20,886 bases of DNA, from contig JAVVUQ010000010.1 in NCBI GenBank assembly GCA_036653075.1, positions 11,167 through 32,052 of the forward strand, read 5' to 3'. Both the position numbers and the translations under genes were made by a program. A model generated the notes under the pieces. It was not told where the DNA came from. It ran no database searches and saw nothing but the letters and a program-made list of their open reading frames with translations. Numbering within the stretch: position 1 is the stretch's first letter; every line of letters begins with the position of its first letter. Below, one piece after another: positions 17,671-20,886 of the stretch. The stretch is from Clostridia bacterium (GTDB lineage: Bacteria > Bacillota > Clostridia > Christensenellales > CAG-314).

Positions 17671-18132
17671 ATGGATATTAAGATATATAAATTTACTCAT
17701 ACTTTCGATGGCGTCAATTATGATTTCATCGTTCACGACCTTGGTAAAATTAAAACTGTAACGTTAAACGGAAAATATGACCTCATTGCAAATGACAAAA
17801 ACAATTTCGACTTTGTAGACCTTATTGGAAATACGCATAATATTCGATTTAAAAACGGATTGGTGTGCGAAATGGTTTATATCGACGGCATAAAATACGA
17901 TTATATTGGTTCTTCCAATTGGTATGATATTGTTTTAGCTCTTTTACCTGTTTTAGCGATAACTTTTCAGTGGTTTTTTATATTACCTATAAATTTTTTT
18001 GTGAACATTATAATCATACGTGAAACAGATACGCTTTGGCTCAAAACGGTTTTATGCGTTATTTCAACTGTTGTTTTTACCATTATTGGTAACACTATAT
18101 TAAGTTATTTGCGCTATACTCTCGGTATATAA
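17671..18132 (+). CDS. Hypothetical small membrane protein (~85-aa soluble N-domain plus 2 TM helices)
   Basis: 153-aa ORF. Hydrophobic segments are IVLALLPVLAITFQWFFILPINFFVNIII and VLCVISTVVFTIIGNTILSYL. The RBS is weak and I recognise no family. Confidence 0.45.
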   Translation: MDIKIYKFTHTFDGVNYDFIVHDLGKIKTVTLNGKYDLIANDKNNFDFVDLIGNTHNIRFKNGLVCEMVYIDGIKYDYIGSSNWYDIVLALLPVLAITFQWFFILPINFFVNIIIIRETDTLWLKTVLCVISTVVFTIIGNTILSYLRYTLGI

Positions 18133-18187
18133 TACGATTTGCTTAAATTTGGTATTAATAAAATTTATTTATATAAAGTTGGTAATT

Positions 18188-18802
18188 ATGTTAATTGATT
18201 TATCGCAAGCTATAACTGATAATTCGCCCGTTTATCCCGACAGTAAAAAAATGTGGCTACGCCAAGTCTGCGATATGGAAAAAAATGGATTTGTTTCCTA
18301 TTTTTTACATTCTGATATGCACAACAGTACACATATTGACTTGCCTATGCATTTTGGCTTTAGCGATAAAACTGTCGATTTATATGCGCTTGAGAATTTT
18401 ATTGGACAAGGCGTCGCTTTTGACGTAAAAGGATATTCCACCATCAACTTACAAAATACGCCTTTAACTGACGATTATAATAATAAGTGCCTACTTTTTC
18501 ATACTGGTTTTAGTGAGAAATATGGAAAAACTGAGTATTATCATAATCACCCGACAATTTCCATTGAATTTGCTAAGGCGCTTGTTAAATTTAAAGTAAA
18601 ATTAGTTGGTTTTGATACGCCCTCTCCCGATTTTTATCCATATGATGTTCATAAACTGCTTTTAAATAATAACATCTTTATCGTTGAAAATTTAACCAAC
18701 ATAGAAAAACTTTTACAAAAAAAATTTGAGTTTTTTGCTTTTCCCTTAAAAATCGCCGCTGAAGCTTCTCTAATACGAGCGGTCGCTTCAATAGAAGAAT
18801 AA
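18188..18802 (+). CDS. Cyclase-family protein (kynurenine formamidase/arylformamidase-like, PF04199)
   Basis: The motif HSDMHNSTHIDLPMHF matches the HxGTHxDxPxH metal-binding signature of the putative-cyclase/KynB family. Other similarities run along the length, for example LLFHTGFS and a C-terminal ...IRAVASI. I placed the start at the ATG at 18188 rather than the TTG at 18149, which would add an improbable hydrophobic extension. Confidence 0.65.
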   Translation: MLIDLSQAITDNSPVYPDSKKMWLRQVCDMEKNGFVSYFLHSDMHNSTHIDLPMHFGFSDKTVDLYALENFIGQGVAFDVKGYSTINLQNTPLTDDYNNKCLLFHTGFSEKYGKTEYYHNHPTISIEFAKALVKFKVKLVGFDTPSPDFYPYDVHKLLLNNNIFIVENLTNIEKLLQKKFEFFAFPLKIAAEASLIRAVASIEE

Positions 18803-18887
18803 TATATCCTACTAATTGCAATATCTATTATTTTATTGAAAGCTATGTTTGTATAAAAATGTATTTAAGTATTATATAACATCTCGA

Positions 18888-18943
18888 TTTAAAGCGATTA
18901 GAGTATATAAAAACATAAAATTTAAAGCAGTTTAGTGTATATA
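18888..18943. repeat. Imperfect 2-copy direct repeat of a ~31-bp unit (atttaaagcgattagagtatataa / atttaaagcagtttagtgtatataa)
   Basis: Direct reading. The two copies differ at about 5 positions. Confidence 0.5.
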
Positions 18944-19030
18944 ACTATTTAATAAAAGCATAGCGGTTATATTACAGAAATAAAGCAAATGCTATATTTA
19001 ATATTTAAGAGTTTTTTAGGAGAAAGTATT

Positions 19031-20065
19031 ATGGTTCAACAATTATTAACAGAAGGAAAGTTGCTCGACAGTTCAGGTCGTTTGCAACAAGCTGGATATA
19101 ACACACAGCTTGTAAGAGAATATAATCGCAAAGACATAAAAAGCAGCTCATTTCGTATTAAGGAATGGGACTATTACTATATCGGCAACGAAAAATATGG
19201 CGTCGCTTTAACTATTGCCGATAACTCTTATATGAGCCTTATATCAGTAAGTTTTATGGATTTTACACAAAAAACTTATAAAACAACTAACCATATTGAT
19301 TTTTTTACCTTCGGCAAACTGAATATGCCCTCATCATTCAATAACGGCGATATTCATTTTGATAATAAAAGAGTACAAATTGATTTCCTTAACCTTGGAG
19401 ATAAACGCGCTTTAGCTTGTAATTTTAAAAAGTTTAAAAACAATAAAGATTTTGTTTGCACGTTTGAGTTATTTGATTTTCCACAAGACAATATGGTTAT
19501 CGCTACTCCATTTCCCAAAAAATCCACAGCGTTTTATTATAACGCAAAAATTAATTGTATGCGCGCAAAAGGTTCTGTTTACATTGGCGGCAAAGGCTAC
19601 TTTTTTGATGATAACGATACGCTTGCAACTCTTGATTGGGGACGAGGCGTTTGGACTTATAAAAATACTTGGTATTGGTCAAGTATGAACACTATAATTG
19701 ACAATGTTCGGGTCGGTTTCAATCTCGGCTATGGTTTCGGCGATAATTCAAAAGCAACTGAAAATATGATTTTTGTGGACGGAATCGCTCATAAAACGGA
19801 AAAAGTTAACTTCAATATTCCTATCAACAAAAATGGAAAAGAGGACTTCCTCTCTACTTGGACTTTCGAAAGTACGGATAATCGCATAAACTTAACTTTT
19901 TCACCCCTTTTAGATAGAATCGATAATACAAACGCAATTATTATTTCAACAAAACAACATCAGGTTTTCGGCTTATTTAACGGTACGCTTACCTTAGACA
20001 ACGGAAACATTATAAAATTGCGCAACGCTCTTGGATTTGCAGAAAAAGTGACAAATAGATGGTAA
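19031..20065 (+). CDS. DUF2804-family protein
   Basis: About 344 aa, rich in W, Y and G. Motifs WDYYYIGNEKYGVALTIADNSYMSLISV...DWGRGVWTYKNTWYWSS are characteristic of DUF2804 (PF10974) as I recall the family. I chose the start at 19031 (AGGAG 7 nt upstream) over the track start at 18989. Confidence 0.6.
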   Translation: MVQQLLTEGKLLDSSGRLQQAGYNTQLVREYNRKDIKSSSFRIKEWDYYYIGNEKYGVALTIADNSYMSLISVSFMDFTQKTYKTTNHIDFFTFGKLNMPSSFNNGDIHFDNKRVQIDFLNLGDKRALACNFKKFKNNKDFVCTFELFDFPQDNMVIATPFPKKSTAFYYNAKINCMRAKGSVYIGGKGYFFDDNDTLATLDWGRGVWTYKNTWYWSSMNTIIDNVRVGFNLGYGFGDNSKATENMIFVDGIAHKTEKVNFNIPINKNGKEDFLSTWTFESTDNRINLTFSPLLDRIDNTNAIIISTKQHQVFGLFNGTLTLDNGNIIKLRNALGFAEKVTNRW

Positions 20066-20100
20066 TCTACCTTTAATTTCTATCGCAAATATAGATTTTT

Positions 20101-20270
20101 TATGTAAAATTTAATTGAATATAAAAAAAATATATAAAATTTAATAGAATATAAAAAAATAAATATGTAAATTTAATAGAATATAAAAAAATAAATATGT
20201 AAAATTTAATAGAGTATAAAAAAATAAATATGTAAATTTTTTAAATTTAATAAATTATAAAAAATAAACA
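20101..20270. repeat. Tandem array, ~5 copies of a 30-33-bp unit (tatgtaaaatttaatagaatataaaaaaataaa)
   Basis: Unit starts are at 20101, 20131, 20164, 20196 and 20229. It lies in the spacer upstream of the TSCPD gene. Confidence 0.85.
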
Positions 20271-20346
20271 CGATTGTTTCTAATATTAGAATAATTGCTT
20301 TATTTTTTGACAATAAAACTAAAGTATAATCAAACGGAGAAAACTT

Positions 20347-20586
20347 ATGATTTATAAAACAAAAGGAACTTGCTCAAGCGAAATTCATATCAATGTGGAA
20401 AATGGTATTTTAAAGTCTGTCGAATTCGTCGGAGGCTGCCAAGGAAACACTCAAGGCGTTTCAAGATTAGTTGAAGGTATGCCTGTTGAAGAAGTCATCA
20501 AACGCCTTGAAGGCATTGATTGCGGAGGAAAAGGCACAAGTTGCCCAGACCAACTTACAAAAGCGCTAAAACAATATATAAAATAA
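20347..20586 (+). CDS. Small TSCPD-domain protein (TIGR03905-like, 4-Cys)
   Basis: 79 aa. It contains the eponymous TSCPD motif (GKGTSCPDQL) and four conserved Cys (C9, C31, C59, C66). RBS GGAG is 7 nt upstream. Confidence 0.75.
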   Translation: MIYKTKGTCSSEIHINVENGILKSVEFVGGCQGNTQGVSRLVEGMPVEEVIKRLEGIDCGGKGTSCPDQLTKALKQYIK

Positions 20587-20633
20587 ATTTATTGTAATAA
20601 ACTATCTAAATTAATCAAATTAAACTTAACTAT

Positions 20634-20663
20634 AAAGGAATGATTTTTATCTTTCCTTTTTTT
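20634..20663 (+). terminator. Rho-independent terminator after the TSCPD gene
   Basis: aaaggaa-tgatttttatct-ttccttttttt: a 7-bp stem with a 12-nt loop followed by a T-run. Confidence 0.5.
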
Positions 20664-20721
20664 ATATGCTTGCTAATGATATTAATTATAATTAATTAAA
20701 ACTATATACTAACCTTACAAA

Positions 20722-20886
20722 CAACATTAAAAGTTAAAATTAATAATAATTGTAACAACTTTAAAAGTTAAAATTAATAATAATTGCAACAACTTCAAAA
20801 GTTAAAATTAATAATAATTGCAACAACTTCAAAAGTTAAAATTAATATCATTGCAAATTAAAATTAATAATCATTGCAAACTAAAA
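20722..20886. repeat. Tandem array, at least 4.5 copies of a 34-bp unit (caacttcaaaagttaaaattaataataattgcaa) running off the window end
   Basis: Unit starts are at 20722, 20756, 20790, 20824 and 20857. The units diverge toward the 3' end. Confidence 0.9.

Noticed and set aside
18149-18187. TTG-initiated extension of the cyclase ORF
   Set aside because: A non-ATG start with a hydrophobic junk-like extension, and family homology begins at the ATG at 18188.
19452-19688. Plus-strand ORF overlapping the DUF2804 gene out of frame
   Set aside because: An out-of-frame overlap with a better-supported gene, and no features.
2005-20886. The tandem arrays as CRISPR arrays
   Set aside because: The units are contiguous with no unique spacers between them. 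They are AT-only and degenerate, the period is 21-34 bp, and no cas genes are present. These are minisatellites, not CRISPR.
1-20886. Mobile element, prophage or defence island
   Set aside because: There is no transposase, integrase, recombinase, terminal inverted repeat, or restriction, toxin or abortive-infection gene recognisable in any frame. The content is housekeeping plus hypothetical membrane and secreted proteins.

Overview
This is a very AT-rich bacterial chromosomal window (low-GC organism, standard genetic code, canonical AGGAG-type ribosome-binding sites). From left to right it contains: (1) a CadC/ArsR-type metalloregulator, a standalone HMA metallochaperone and a P1B-type ATPase that has no N-terminal metal-binding domain, all on the minus strand; (2) a YeiH/UPF0324-family membrane transporter on the plus strand, carrying an in-frame 24-bp coding tandem repeat; (3) an nfeD-like gene and a flotillin gene forming a minus-strand operon; (4) housekeeping genes on the minus strand: single-chain glycyl-tRNA synthetase, purA and a eukaryote-type purB; (5) dnaA, translationally coupled by an ATGA overlap to an uncharacterised 344-aa membrane protein and not followed by dnaN; (6) a ~380-bp AT-rich spacer at 15063-15445 where gene orientation switches, which I propose as a candidate oriC; (7) a plus-strand run of poorly characterised genes: acyl-ACP thioesterase, a secreted N/S/T-rich protein, a small 2-TM protein, a cyclase/kynurenine-formamidase-like protein, a DUF2804 protein and a small TSCPD-domain protein. 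The most striking non-genic signal is that nearly every intergenic spacer holds its own head-to-tail array of an AT-rich 21-34-bp unit, giving at least 8 arrays with array-specific units plus one coding array. I see no CRISPR array, transposase, integrase, RNA gene or recognisable defence nuclease. The candidates for novelty are therefore the dnaA-coupled membrane protein, the ori-proximal plus-strand cluster, the pervasive minisatellites and a GC-rich island in a 750-bp spacer.
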